Below are positions 40,334-53,511 of a stretch of 64,000 nt of DNA, piece by piece (position 1 is the first letter of the stretch; each line of letters begins with the position of its first letter). The notes below the pieces were generated by a model that saw only the letters and a list, made by a program, of their open reading frames with translations, ran no database searches and was not told the origin of the DNA. The position numbers and the translations under genes are program-made. The stretch is taken from the NCBI GenBank assembly GCA_951406725.2, contig OX597815.1:132618001-132682000 (forward strand), read 5' to 3'. The DNA is from Octopus vulgaris. Its lineage: Eukaryota.

Positions 40334-41301
40334 CATACATACATACATACATACATACATACACATACATACATACATACATACATACATACACACATAC
40401 ATACATACATACATACATACATACATACATACATACATACATACATAGACAATTTGGATAGTGATTCACTCGTGTTAACGCCGATAAAGTGTATTTTGAT
40501 AAGAATGCAAAAGTGTTAATGAATTACAGGGTTTGGTATCGAATGCTCAAAAATACAACTTTCCCTATTAATAAATACTGCCGTAAGAGGTTAATATTCT
40601 ATTTAATAAAATTTTACATCTTAATTATAACGCATAGAAACTAATCTGTACTGTCCTTTAGTAACAAACTTATTTAATGAGGTTTAACTGTCAAAGAATT
40701 AACTATGTTATTTTGTGTATGCGTCTCTGTGTTTTTGTGTGTACCTATGTGTATGTGTGTGCGCCTCCTATCAGTGAATATTTGCTTTTTTTTAATATTT
40801 GCTGTTAACAAATTAATTCATTTTCAAAACATAATCATGAAAATAGAAGCAAACATGATCATTAATGATATAATATGAAATGCAATAATTTACTTAATCA
40901 TCAATTTAGCGGAAAACTATGTATGTGGTACCGAAGCTAAATATTATTTTTCCAACCATTCGTTAGTAATGTCGCATATTGCCTTGCTAATAGTGTCCCA
41001 GATAATTGATTTGAGGTCTCGGAAGTAGAACCCAGAGTTATAATGTACCCATAGCCTAGCCAACTACTAACATGCAATATGGCAGTTTATCTTGTAAACA
41101 GATTTCAGTAAATAACCATTACATATAGTACGTTAGTAATTTATCGCTTCTGGTGAATATGTATATAAAACATATATACTCGCACATATATAAGTATGTA
41201 TGTGTGTAGTATCGATATATATGTGTGTATATATGTGTATATATATATTTGTGTGTGCGTGTGTATGTGTGTGTGTGCGTGTATGTGTGAGTGTGCGTGT
41301 G

Positions 41302-41361
<60 letters not shown>

Positions 41362-42055
41362 ATCAACATATGTGTGCGTGTTGTTATTTGCAGGCAAAAC
41401 ACAAATAATAAGACAAACACTATTTGCAATCTATGTGCGAAAAAGTAAGTAAAATATATATAAGTGAAATAACTCTATGGCCCTTATCTACACTTCTAAC
41501 ATTGACTAAAGCAATCTAAATGTAATTTTGAAATCATTTTTTTTTTTTCATCGGTAACATTACATACGCTGTTTACTCGCACAAACCGAAAGATAAGTTT
41601 TAATAGAAACTCATCTCTCTAGCGACCTTAATGTTATTGCACACAAAATCCACTCCAAACTGCAAAATGATTTCAGCTGCCATGTGCCTAATGTTTGTGC
41701 AAACGAATTTACAACTGCTATACAACATAGTTGTTATATATAGCTGTACGCAAATTATCAAAAGGGAATCTATCGTCACAGACAACTACGTAGTTACTAA
41801 ATGTCAAGATCTGTACCCTTCATCAATGCCGAATGGACGTATTTAGCGCTGAGTTGAAGTTTCTCGATCAAGGTTTCAAACACACCAGATCTTTAAGATG
41901 TGCCCAAACATACCTATGAACGATCTGCAAATCGCAAATCTAAAATTCAATTACCAAAATGAACTCCACCCTTCTAAAAGCATTTTCATGTGAATTCAAT
42001 TATCAACTTAGCTTTAAAATTCCGTTTTACGTATTTACGACAGCAACAACTAAAT

Positions 42056-42496
42056 TCTTTTCCACTCTAGGTACAAGGCCCCAAATTTTAGGGGAGGGGC
42101 AAGTCGATTATATTATCCAACTGTATCCAACTGGTTCTAAATTTATCGACCCCGAAAGGATGAAAGGCAAAGTCGACCTTGGCGGAATTTGAACTCATAA
42201 CGTAGCGGCAGACGAAATACTGCTAAGCATTTCGGCCGGCGTGCTAACATTTCTGCCAGCCCGCCGCCTTATAACGTTTAAATATTCTTTTCTACTCTAG
42301 GCACAAGGGCCAAAAGTTTGGGGGATGGGCCAGTCGATTATATCGACCCCAGACGGAACTGGTACTTAATTTATTGACCCTGAAAGGATGAAAGGCAAAG
42401 TCGACGTCGGTGGAATTTGTATTCAAAACGTAAAGACAGACGAAACACCGCTAAGTATTTCACCCGGCGTGCTAAAGATACTGCCTGCTCACCGCC

Positions 42497-42498
<2 letters not shown>
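42056..42498 (-). mobile_element. Two head-to-tail family A SINEs
   Basis: Near-full copies at 42056-42270 and 42285-42498. Confidence 0.9.
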
Positions 42499-42553
<55 letters not shown>

Positions 42554-42576
42554 TTAATAATAATAATAATAATAAT

Positions 42577-42647
<71 letters not shown>

Positions 42648-42649
<2 letters not shown>

Positions 42650-42834
42650 CACACAACAAACACATATAACGTACAGAAAATTGCACTACTAGGCACTGCA
42701 CACATCCTACGCAGAACACTTTCAATACAGTAACCATCAGAGCATCACAACAAATCACAGCACATACCCAAGGCACACAGAACTGCGCTCGGTAGTGAAG
42801 TGAAAGCACGTTATAAAAATAAAACTACTGAATG

Positions 42835-42835
<1 letters not shown>
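42648..42835 (+). mobile_element. R4/Dong-like 3' end between (TAA)n tracts
   Basis: YNVQKIALLGTAHILRRTLSIQ* followed by 3'UTR ending AACTACTGAATGATAATAA. Confidence 0.75.
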
Positions 42836-42920
<85 letters not shown>

Positions 42921-43463
42921 AAGAAGAAGAAGAAGAAGAAGAAGAAGAAGAAGAATAGTGTCTAATTTTGGCACATGGCCAATAGCTATATGAGAAGAGG
43001 TAGTCAATACCACTGATAGTAGATAGTAGATTCACCATGGCTAGCATTTCTTAACGACGGACAGCAACGTAGTGGCAGTTTAACGGCTGGCGTAAAATTT
43101 TGAACTTGATGTAAAAGAAAGTTCCTAAACACCAAGTTCTGAAGTGATTCTTTCTCAAGACAGTAGACTCACCATGGCAAGCATTCAAAACTTCTTCATG
43201 ATGGACGGCAACACATTGAAGATTTAAAGGCTGGCGCAAATTTTTTAGCGTGATGTAACAGAGAATTCCTAAACATCCGCTTCCACATTTTTGTTAATAT
43301 AATCCGGTTTCATTCGGGTCTATTCTGGCCACATTTTATAAGATGAGGAATTTTGTCCTAGAGGTCACACCTTTTATTTGGGGAAATAAAATAGTTGCCA
43401 TGCAAACTCGCCAGCACTTTTAGCATAAGTGTGCATATTTTCAACCGACCACATAATGCACAC

Positions 43464-43502
<39 letters not shown>

Positions 43503-43535
43503 GGATTAAATATATATATGTACATATATACGCAT

Positions 43536-43585
<50 letters not shown>

Positions 43586-43607
43586 CATTATATATACAAA
43601 TGTATAC

Positions 43608-43654
<47 letters not shown>

Positions 43655-43740
43655 AAGGGTGAAAAGGAACACACGAGTTGATATATATGAAAAAACAAGT
43701 CAAAATAGAAAATGCTAAAATAATTTTATAAAGAACATTT

Positions 43741-43778
43741 CAGTACCGGTTTCGGTCATTTTGAGACCTTTTCAACTG
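43741..43778 (-). ncRNA. Minimal hammerhead ribozyme, U3-A8 core variant; mirror copy at 46850-46887 (+)
   Basis: CAG-TTGAAAA-GGTC-TCAAAAT-GACC-GAAA-CCGG-TA-CTG, located in the PLE pseudo-LTR. Confidence 0.65.
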
Positions 43779-44519
43779 TAACGATTAAATAATTAAATTT
43801 AGAAAAGTTAGAAGAAAAGTTTTTTTAAAGGAATATTTGTATAGTAGTGTTCAAATATAAGTGGCATTCTGCCTTTCTCTGACTCCCTTGTTTGCACTTG
43901 TGTGTTCGAGGTCGTTGTGAATCCTTGGTAGGGTAGAAGAAGAAGAAGGCTGAAGAGGAGAGGGGGTGGAAAAATTTGGGAGTGCCTTGATTGTTGTATT
44001 TTGAATGGTCAGTGACCGCTAGCAGTTGCAGTTCAATTCAGGAGAATATTTCTATTGAGAGATTTGTTTATGGAATTTGCGTAGGTGTTTTACTAAAAAG
44101 CATTAGTGATAAAGTTAAGAGGTAGAAGGTGGAGCAGAAGAAGAAGAAGAAGACGAAGAAGAAGAAGAAGAAGAAGAAGAAGAAGAAGACGATGTTGATG
44201 ATGATGATGATGAAGAAGAAGAAGAAGAAGAAGAAGAAGAAGAAGAAGAAGAAGAAGAAGGAGAAGGAGAAGAAGAAGATGATGATGATGATGGTGGTGA
44301 TGATGATGACGATGATGATGATAATGATGATGATGAAGAAGAAGAGGAAGAAGAAGAAAACAGAGAAGGGAGAATATGAATGGGTGAAAGTAGTGAGGTG
44401 TTGTATGACTTGAAGATGGCATGTTATGGATTATAGCTGTGATTGGGGCTGATTAGTAATGGATTCTTTGGAATGTAATATTTGTGTGTGTATTTCTTTT
44501 ATTCTAAAGTTGAGGTATA

Positions 44520-45497
44520 TTAATCGTTTGTCGTAGACCCGTTAAGAAGTGGCCTGTATTTTGTAATAAAGAGAGTTTCTTTACTTATTCGTTGTCTCGA
44601 GGTTGTATCGTCCCTAAATTGGTAGAGGGGGAAAATCCTGAAGTCTGGTGTTTTGTTGTTGGCGCAAGTATCTATGTGTTGGCTGAAAGCTATTTTTCTG
44701 TTTTGGGGAATTTTTATCTGGGATCTGTGCAGGGCCATTCTTTTACGCAAACTATTTTTTGTTTGGCCTATGTACTGCTCTTGACACCCGGAGCAGGTTA
44801 GTGAGTATATTAGGTTCTCCGAAGCACATGTGAAGTTGCTTTTCACTGTAAACCGTTGTCCCTGTTTGAAGGAGAACTCTGATCCCTCAATTAGATAGTC
44901 GCATATCCCGCAATTGGGTCTTCCACATTTTTTTACTGTCGGCTTCTGTGTTGAAGAGTGAATTCGGGCTTGTGTTAGGAGACTTTTCATGGATTTAGGC
45001 TGTCTCTTGCTTTTTATGATCGTGTGTGTTTGGAGGATTGTGTTCATTTTGTGGTCTTTTTTTAGGAGGGGTATGTTGTGGAGGATGGTGCCGAAGGCTT
45101 CGTTATTGAGAGGGTTGTGTGTGGAGATGTATGGTAAGGCTTTTAGTGGTAAGTTTTTCTTTGATTTGGGATGTCTCAGTTCCTTGATGTTAAGTTCAAG
45201 GGCACGTTGAATGCACTTGTCAATAAGTGAAGGTGGATAGTTTCTGGTGATAAGGGTATCTTTTAGTTCTTGTAGTCGTGTGTCTCTGGTGTTTGCATTA
45301 GAGACTATAGTGCATATCCTTTTTGCTAGATTGAAGGGGATATTCATCCTGGTGTGTCTGGGGTGGCATGAATTGAATGGAAGATATTGCTTAGAGTCTG
45401 TAGGCTTATAATATATGTCTGTTTCTATTACATTATTAGCTTTCTTAATGAGGATATCGAGGAAGGGGAGTTGTTGCTGGCTATATTCCATCGTGAA
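44520..45497 (-). CDS. PLE RT thumb plus GIY-YIG endonuclease (frameshifted continuation of the RT)
   Basis: FTMEYS..LPFLD, DIYYKPTD, SCHP, CGRPNCGIC, NLIYSLTCSGCQEQYIGQT, RPLLN. Confidence 0.9.
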   Translation of the reverse strand, partial: FTMEYSQQQLPFLDILIKKANNVIETDIYYKPTDSKQYLPFNSCHPRHTRMNIPFNLAKRICTIVSNANTRDTRLQELKDTLITRNYPPSLIDKCIQRALELNIKELRHPKSKKNLPLKALPYISTHNPLNNEAFGTILHNIPLLKKDHKMNTILQTHTIIKSKRQPKSMKSLLTQARIHSSTQKPTVKKCGRPNCGICDYLIEGSEFSFKQGQRFTVKSNFTCASENLIYSLTCSGCQEQYIGQTKNSLRKRMALHRSQIKIPQNRKIAFSQHIDTCANNKTPDFRIFPLYQFRDDTTSRQRISKETLFITKYRPLLNGSTTND

Positions 45498-46519
45498 CGT
45501 TTAGGTCCAGCCCGTTTAAAATTTCTTGGAATTCTATGAGTTTCTCAATATTTTCATGCCAAAGGATGAAACAGTCATCTAGATATCTCTTCCAGTTGTT
45601 TTCTATGTAGATGGAGAAAGGGCTGCCATATCTTTCTAGAACCTTACGATACAGACTGATCTCTAGATATCCTATGACTAGGTTGGCAAAGGAGGGGGCC
45701 ATTCGTGTACCCATCGCAGTCCCCGATTTTTGTCGGTAGAAGTTTTCATTGAAGGCGAAGAATTTATTTTTCAGGATGAATTTAACCCCTTCTATCACGA
45801 ATTCTTTTTTGATGCGATGTGGTAGTTCGTTGGCGTGATTCTCTAGCCAGAATTGGATTGCCTCTAGTCCTAGGTTGTGGGGGATATTGGAGTAGAGGTT
45901 GACTACATCGAAGGATACCAGTATGGTGTTTTTGTTTATAGTATTCGGTAGATGATTGAGCATATCCAAGTCGTCCCTTATATAGCTTTTGACATGTTTG
46001 AGGAGTGGTTTTAACAGGGTGTCGAAAAAGTTACTGAGACGGTGGGTTTCGCATGCGGGACCTGCTATTATGGGTCTCAATTTGAGGTCATTAGGATAAG
46101 GGACTTTAATTATTTTGTCTGTAGCTATCTTGCATGCGTTGCTTATTTTTTCACTTTTGTGTATCTTAGGTATACCGTAGAATTGGTTGGTTATACTTGT
46201 GAAATTGGTCATATAATCATATTCTTTGTCGGTGAGCCCTGCTTTGTATGGGTTTAAAACGGATTTTAGTTCCCTCATTATTTTTTGTTGACTGTAGTTT
46301 TGTGCCTTTTCATAGTATGTTGTGTCTTCCAGCATAGAAAGTACCAAAGTTATGTAAAATGTCGTATCCATTAAGACAACAGCACTCCCTTTATCGGCCT
46401 CTTTGATTGTTATTGTTTTATCTTGTTTTAATTTGTTCAACTCAGCCCATTCTTTTTTGCTGAAGTTTGGTTTGTGTTTTTGTTTGTGCATATGTTGATA
46501 TGGGTAATTTGATATGTGG
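45498..46519 (-). CDS. PLE reverse transcriptase core, 5'-truncated
   Basis: IKEADKGSAVV, YGIPKIHK, LRPII, SFDVVNLYSNIP, GTAMGTRMAPSFANL, RYLDDCF. Small deletion and frameshift near 45498; the first ~40 aa of the track ORF derive from the inverted pLTR. Confidence 0.92.
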
Positions 46520-46935
46520 TCACTAATGCTTTTTAGTAAAACACCTACGCAAATTCCATAAACAAATCTCTCAATAGAAATATTCTCCTGAATTGAACTG
46601 CAACTGCTAGCGGTCACTGACCATTCAAAATACAACAATCAAGGCACTCCCAAATTTTTCCACCCCTCTCCTCTTCAGCCTTCTTCTTCTTCTACCCTAC
46701 CAAGGATTCACAACGACCTCGAACACACAAGTGCAAACAAGGGAGTCAGAGAAAGGCAGAATGCCACTTATATTTGAACACTACTGAACAAATATTCCTC
46801 TAAAAAAACTTTTCTTCTAATTTTTCTAAATTTAATTATTTAATCGTTACAGTTGAAAAGGTCTCAAAATGACCGAAACCGGTACTGAAATGTTCTTTAT
46901 AAAATTATTTTAGCATTTTCTATTTTGACTTGTTT

Positions 46936-47021
<86 letters not shown>

Positions 47022-48460
47022 CAGATATATACACTTTGTATATATACATTATATATACATATTTATATAATAGAACACACACACATATATAAATTAACCC
47101 AATAGATATCTGATTCATAATATTTGTTCTCATGATTGTGTGATCGTAGTGGCGTTAATAATTCTCTCTATGAATGCAGACAGACGTAGAGAGAGAGAGA
47201 GGGGTGGTAGAATGAGTGAAGGCGGCAGAGGAAAGATAGTAGACACTGTTAAACGACGTTATAGAGAGAAATTGAAAGGAAGGGAGGAAAGAGAGAGATG
47301 GAGGAAGACAGGCAGATAAGAGAATGAGAGAAGACTTGTCAAAGTGTGCGTTTTTTGCCCTAGTAACCACACCTTTTACGATAGTGATTTCTAACCTAGC
47401 CCTCTCACATCCTCACTTCATTTTACATGTCCTGTAAATTTTGGGGTCAATCCGACGGGATCTAGTGCCCTTTAACCCGTTCCAATACCAAAACCAGACA
47501 AACAAACTTTTCGCATTTCAGATTTATAGTTATTGATTAGATGCCAATTGCGCCAAACTGGAGAGTCTTAGAGCACCCGTGAATTGATAAAAATCACTCT
47601 TCCCACTATAGCAACCGCATCTTTCCAGATGGCGAGTTTTAACCGACTCAACTCTCTGCCTCATCCCGCCTTGTATGCCTGTGTCAATTTTCAGCTCGAT
47701 CCGACCACGGATATGGCCGCCAACATCTAACATAGCAAAATGTGCATACAATTTTGACCCAAAAGCCTCTTTTATATATATATATGGCTAATAAAACATA
47801 AAAAAGAGAAAGCAACAAAAATCAGTTGGAAGTACACAATGAATACAGTTGAGTGACACTCAGTGGTAGTTTTAGGTGGAATAATAAGAGTAACTTTTCG
47901 AGCATTGCCTACCTCGGAAAGAGGAAAATGTCGTGTGAGAAGTAGGAGGAAAAGCAGTTCGTAATACACGCACACATGCATATATACATATATATGTATA
48001 TGCATATATATATATATATATATACCTCATGTGTGTGTGTGTGTTTGTGTGTGTGTGCGTGCGCGTGTGTGGAGGCACAATGGCACAGTGGTTAGGGTAG
48101 CAGACTCACGATCGTAGGATCGCGGTTTCGATTCCTAGATCGGGCGTTGCGAGTGTTTATTGAGCGAAAACACCTAAAGCCCCACAAGTCTCCGGCAGGG
48201 AGTGGTGGCGAACTCTACTGTACTCATTCGCCACAACTTTCTCCCACACTTTCTTCCTGTCTCTATTGTACCTGTATTTTAAAGGGCCAGCCTTGTCACA
48301 CTCTGTATCACGCTGAATTTCCCCGAGAACTACGTTAAGGGTATACGTTTCTGTAGAGTGCTCAGCCACTTGCACGTTAATTTCACGAGCAGGCTGTTCG
48401 TTGATCGGATCAACTGGAACCCTTGTCGTCTTAAGCGAAGGAGTGCCACGACGACGACAA

Positions 48461-48520
<60 letters not shown>

Positions 48521-48527
48521 TTACATA

Positions 48528-49835
48528 CTAGCAGTATAGCCCGGCGAGCGCTTTATTTCAAACTAAAATAAGTGACACCGGCATCAAATTTGAGCGAATT
48601 CCATTCGGCAATTGGATTGGGAAATCCCATAATGAAACGGTTTGTTGATTATTTCCACCCATCCATTGTTTTTTTTTTTTTTTGTTTTTTATTTTGTTTT
48701 GAGAACTTAAAGCATTCAGAGATCAAAGATTGCATGAGTCCTATTTATGCTGGCATCAAGTTTGAGCAAAATATATCAAAATTGGTAAAAGTTATTGTAG
48801 AAAATGAGGTGTAGCCATTTTTAGTGGGAAATCCTATAAGGAATCGGTTTATCAATTTTTTGTCCCTAATTGGATGGAAAGCCCCAAATAGATGCCTGCC
48901 ACCGATAGTGTTTGGCCTTGGGATTTGTTAATGGACATGTGATCTTCGGAGGTTAAACGGCATGTCTGACCCCGAGGGATAAAGCTACGTCCTTGAAATG
49001 AAAACATTTTCACCCCTATCGCACAATGGTGGTCTCAATCAAGTGGAGCGTCAGGAACTTGATTACTAAGTGGGTCTCGTTGCATTGTTTAGATGGAAGC
49101 AAGTTTCTGATTAGCATAATTGGGCATCCAGCCCTTAGCCTAAGAATGTGAGGTGCAAGCCCTGCTGCCTCCAGTGAATTGACAATGTCTTGGGGATCAC
49201 AGGTTCGGTCAATCGATTTGTAGATGCGCTCCTCACCTGGAATTCGGCTTATGATTTGGTCGTTGATAGCACTGACAGCTACGTTTTGGAGGGCCAGGTT
49301 GGTTCTTTCACTCAGCCAATTGATGTCTGCATAGTTACTCTCCAGATTAGGGAACACTGTTTCCAAAAGATCGGAAAGGTTGTCCACGGTGTTGCACAGT
49401 TCAGCGATGGATATGTCACTCCTATCATTTCTAGGGACCTTCCCTTTTCCCCGGGCTAAAAATATCTTCATCAAATACTGCAGACGTGCAATCACTAAGC
49501 AAGGGCGCACGCATGTTTATGCTTAAGATCTTAACCTGGGGTCACAACGTGGATGCGCGCCATTCATCTGCCCGGTTCCCGTTAGGGATGACAGGAAAGG
49601 TTTGCCGGAAATCTCCTGAAAGCAATAGAGTTACACCACCCATAGAAGCTGTAGAATCCCTGATACCTTTCAGTGACCCGTCAAATACCTCAAGGGCACC
49701 CTTATTGGTCATTGTGCATTCGTCCCATACAATTAGACGGCACTGTCTAAGAACTTCAGCTTCCTCTGAATTTTTGCCAATGTTGCAAGTAGGAAACTCG
49801 GCCCTCACCAAATCTAAAGGCAGCTTGAATGCCGA
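48528..49835 (-). mobile_element. Helitron remnant with degraded PIF1-like helicase and CTAG 3' end
   Basis: [60 protein letters not shown]; minus-strand terminus CGCCGGGCTATACTG-CTAG. Confidence 0.88.
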
Positions 49836-49842
49836 GTTTTTC

Positions 49843-49920
<78 letters not shown>

Positions 49921-50649
49921 TACATACATGCATACAGACATACATGTATACATAGACAATATACATATATGCATACATACATACATACATACATACATAC
50001 ATACATACATACATACATACATACATACACACACTGCTATAAATGTTTGTGCATGCATGTGTGATGTAAGTCAATTCGTTTAACTGAAACGAATTAATTA
50101 GAAAAAGATATTATTTGGCTAACTATTTAAAAATAAAAAAAGACAACGTACAAAATGTTCCGACTGACAGTTTTTGACCAATAAATCATAGTTTTAGATA
50201 AAGAGACAGATATAGATGATGCAATCGATTACCAGACACCCCTGATCACAACTCACTCCGTGCTGTTTGTGTCCAGCGAACATGTTAGAGTTAACAGAGC
50301 AGCGGCATTGAAAGCCTTGTATAATTCTTATTTTTATTGAAGCGATTTACTACAACTTCATTATGTGTTCTTACCGGATGCAGACGACTTCCGTGATACA
50401 CAATCATGTCGGATGACTTGACATTTCCGAATGCAAAGTAAATCGAGAAAAACATTTCGGAGAGCGTGATCAGTCATTTTCGACACGATTATGACACAGG
50501 AGATGATGGCTGCGTAGATCAGGACTTCACTATACATTAACAACTGTATTAGATATGTACCTTACATTCTCGCGTGTATGTTCATGTATATATAATAGCG
50601 ACACAGGCACATAAGGATATATATACATGCATGTATGTATGTATGTATG

Positions 50650-50697
<48 letters not shown>

Positions 50698-50715
50698 GAA
50701 ATATATGTACATATA

Positions 50716-50769
<54 letters not shown>

Positions 50770-51673
50770 AGATAGATATAGATATAGATATATAGATATA
50801 CACACGCACACAAAGGCAGATATATATGATTATATGTGCATGTACTCATGTGTATTTATATATATGTGTGTGCGTGTGTGATGTATTGATACACGCAACT
50901 GCATTTGCATATGGGTATTGAGAAGTCCCTTTATAATGTAAATGTGATACATACATTTTATTTTTTAAAAGTTTGTTTTTATTTTTTTTGGAATATGTTA
51001 TTTTTTGTAAATATCACACTCACATATGTGCCTGTACTCGCATGAATGCGCGCGCAAGCGTGCGTGTGTTTGTGCGTGTGTTACTGCGTGTACAGATTTA
51101 CATGGTTTTCACAAGTGGCGTTATCAAAAGTGCGAAGATATTCATTGTCCTCAAATAGCAGAGTTGTGCAGTGATTCTGTTCAGTTGTTCGAGTATATCT
51201 GTACCACCGTTGAAGTTCTGCAATTGATAATGCGTATGTATGAAAGGCCAGCAGAGCAGCTAGTCGTGAATCTCTGAGCGGTAGCAAACAGCGAAACTGG
51301 CGTTCGGTCAGCGAATAAAATCTTTTGATTTAGTATGTTGAGGTTTGCAAAATGTTCATTTTCTGATCCGGTGGCATCCCTGTGAGATGCATAAGAGCAA
51401 CGAAGAGTCGTAGTTTTCGAAATCATTGAAGACTATGATTTTGGAGTTAGTCAAAGGGAAATATATGCGAGATGGTTGAACAGAGGTTAAATAGATGGTT
51501 AACTCTAATACTTCCTTCTATTTAACCATCTCACATCTTCTCAGATGAAGGGATATCCCTAGTATCCAAGAAACGGCTATAAGATTAACTTTCTCTCTTT
51601 AAATGTCCTGAAAATTCCAAGCAGCCTTAGCCTTGTTATCTCATTTTATTTAACACACACATACACACACACA

Positions 51674-51752
<79 letters not shown>

Positions 51753-52489
51753 ATATATATTATATATATAAGTATATATATATATATATATATACATGCA
51801 TACATAATATAAATAATATATAAATATATAAGCATAGATACACATATATATGTATATACATATATTTGTATATACATACATATAAGGGCACAGGACACCA
51901 CGGTACGTAAACAACATGAAATACAAAACACGTCAACAGAATACGAATTTTTTTGCGAACAACGAAAGAAACAAACGGAAAGCAAACTAAGTAACACGAA
52001 AAACGACCCTTCAGCAGTATTTCGAGCATTTCACAAGATCCGTTTTCGACGTAACAGTTGCTCCTGCAAAGCAAATTAAATAAAATTTTGGATTTTGCGG
52101 AGGGTCAAAGTTGGCAACAAAAACAAGAGAGTGAAAACAGACAGGAAGGGCTGTTAAGCCTAAACGAGTTGATTTCGTGAACGCGGAGATACAAGCTCTG
52201 ACAGGAGACAGACAAGAATGCGTTCAATCCCTGGGACTGATCAGAGAGAAAGAAAAGTTAGGGGAAGAAAGATGGCCGACGGTCACGAGCGAGCCACGAG
52301 AAAGCAAAGGTGGAAAAGTGAAGGAGAGAGAGACAGACAGAGAACGGCGAAGGGACGGGAGAAGAAGGATGAGAGAGGAAAACGAAAGGGGAAGAAGAGG
52401 AGATAAAAAGAATAGAGAAAGAGAATAGAAAGGAAGAGAGAGGAAACAAAAGAGGGGAAGAAAAGGACAGAAAGTGTGTTGCATCGATT

Positions 52490-53501
52490 TGACACCCTGA
52501 GGTGGGTCGCAAGTTTGCGAGTCAACCCTTAGAAGAGCAAAAGATTTTGTTTCTTCCCACAGTATGTGGGAAGAAATTAACAAGAGCTGGGGGTCAGTGG
52601 GCTGCCACGCGGGATAGAACACGAGTGGATAGAAGACACTATCCGCTGAGGTCTGGGTGGCAGCGGAGCCAAGCTCCTCAATGTTAAAATTTTGCCTGCG
52701 GCTGATTGGGTGGGGTCAAGAGCGGTTTTGACCCAATCAGCCAAGAATCTGGTTTTCCTAGTGGAGGGAGAGAGGGAGGCAGTCGATTAGGTGGAGATCG
52801 CCTCGGAAAAAGAAAAGAATAAAGAATGGGACATTGCCGGTGGTTGATGATGCACTGCCGGCGGTTGATGGTGCACTGCCGGCATGTTCTGAAGCCTCGT
52901 CGATGGAAATTGTGTCACTGACGGAGGAAACTGTGGCCCCTCCCAGAGTGATGAAGGATGACTTTTTTTACCTTCTTCAATAAGGGAGGAGCGATTCAGA
53001 GCTTCTTAAGGAAGCTAGAGGGCCGGAGGGTGGGGACCTTGCACTGGACTGAAGACCCGGATTGGCTCCCACAGGTGACTGCAGAGATCTTAATGGACGT
53101 CAAAATGTTCAGGGTGGTGCACGCCTTTCCGAGGACTATCTTAGGTTCGCCTTCTGGGGCCCCGACCTGGAGCTGGAGGATTGCCTGCGGGAGGCATATG
53201 GCCTGGTTGGAAAGGAAGGATAAAGAGGCCCTAGTGCCTAAGTGTTTATTGTTTGTAAAATGCTCAGAGCCTCAATGTGTAATGGACTATTACGTCCTTT
53301 AATTTTGGAACTGAGGGAAGAGTTTTAATACCTTATTTTGTTTTTTTGTTTTTAAAAGGAAAAAAAACAATGTCTTCGAGAATACGACAATCGGCGGGCG
53401 TTGTTGCTTCTCCCATCAACTATTCTTTTCATTTCATCATCATCATGGCCTTGTCCAGCTCGCAGCTACTCCCTCTGTGGACGGCTTTCATAGCCAATAA
53501 A
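52490..53501 (+). mobile_element. ORF1-only (gag-like) non-LTR element, degraded copy 1
   Basis: FASQPLEEQKILFLPTVCGKKLTRA and ADWVGS match copy 2; 3' tail ends CCCTCTGTG...GCCAATAAA. Confidence 0.7.
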
Positions 53502-53511
53502 ATTAAATAAA

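Larger units (their letters stand above)
43681..46947 (-). mobile_element. Penelope-like element with inverted pseudo-LTRs (43688-44109 / 46520-46940), inserted in (TA)n
   Basis: About 420-bp inverted repeats with only a handful of differences flank RT and GIY-YIG coding sequence. Confidence 0.95.

Noticed and set aside
44093-44422. Poly-K/M/H/L ORFs
   Set aside because: (GAA)n/(GAT)n tract within the PLE 3' region.
48071-48150. tRNA gene
   Set aside because: tRNA-like head continues into a SINE body present twice; no complete cloverleaf or terminator.
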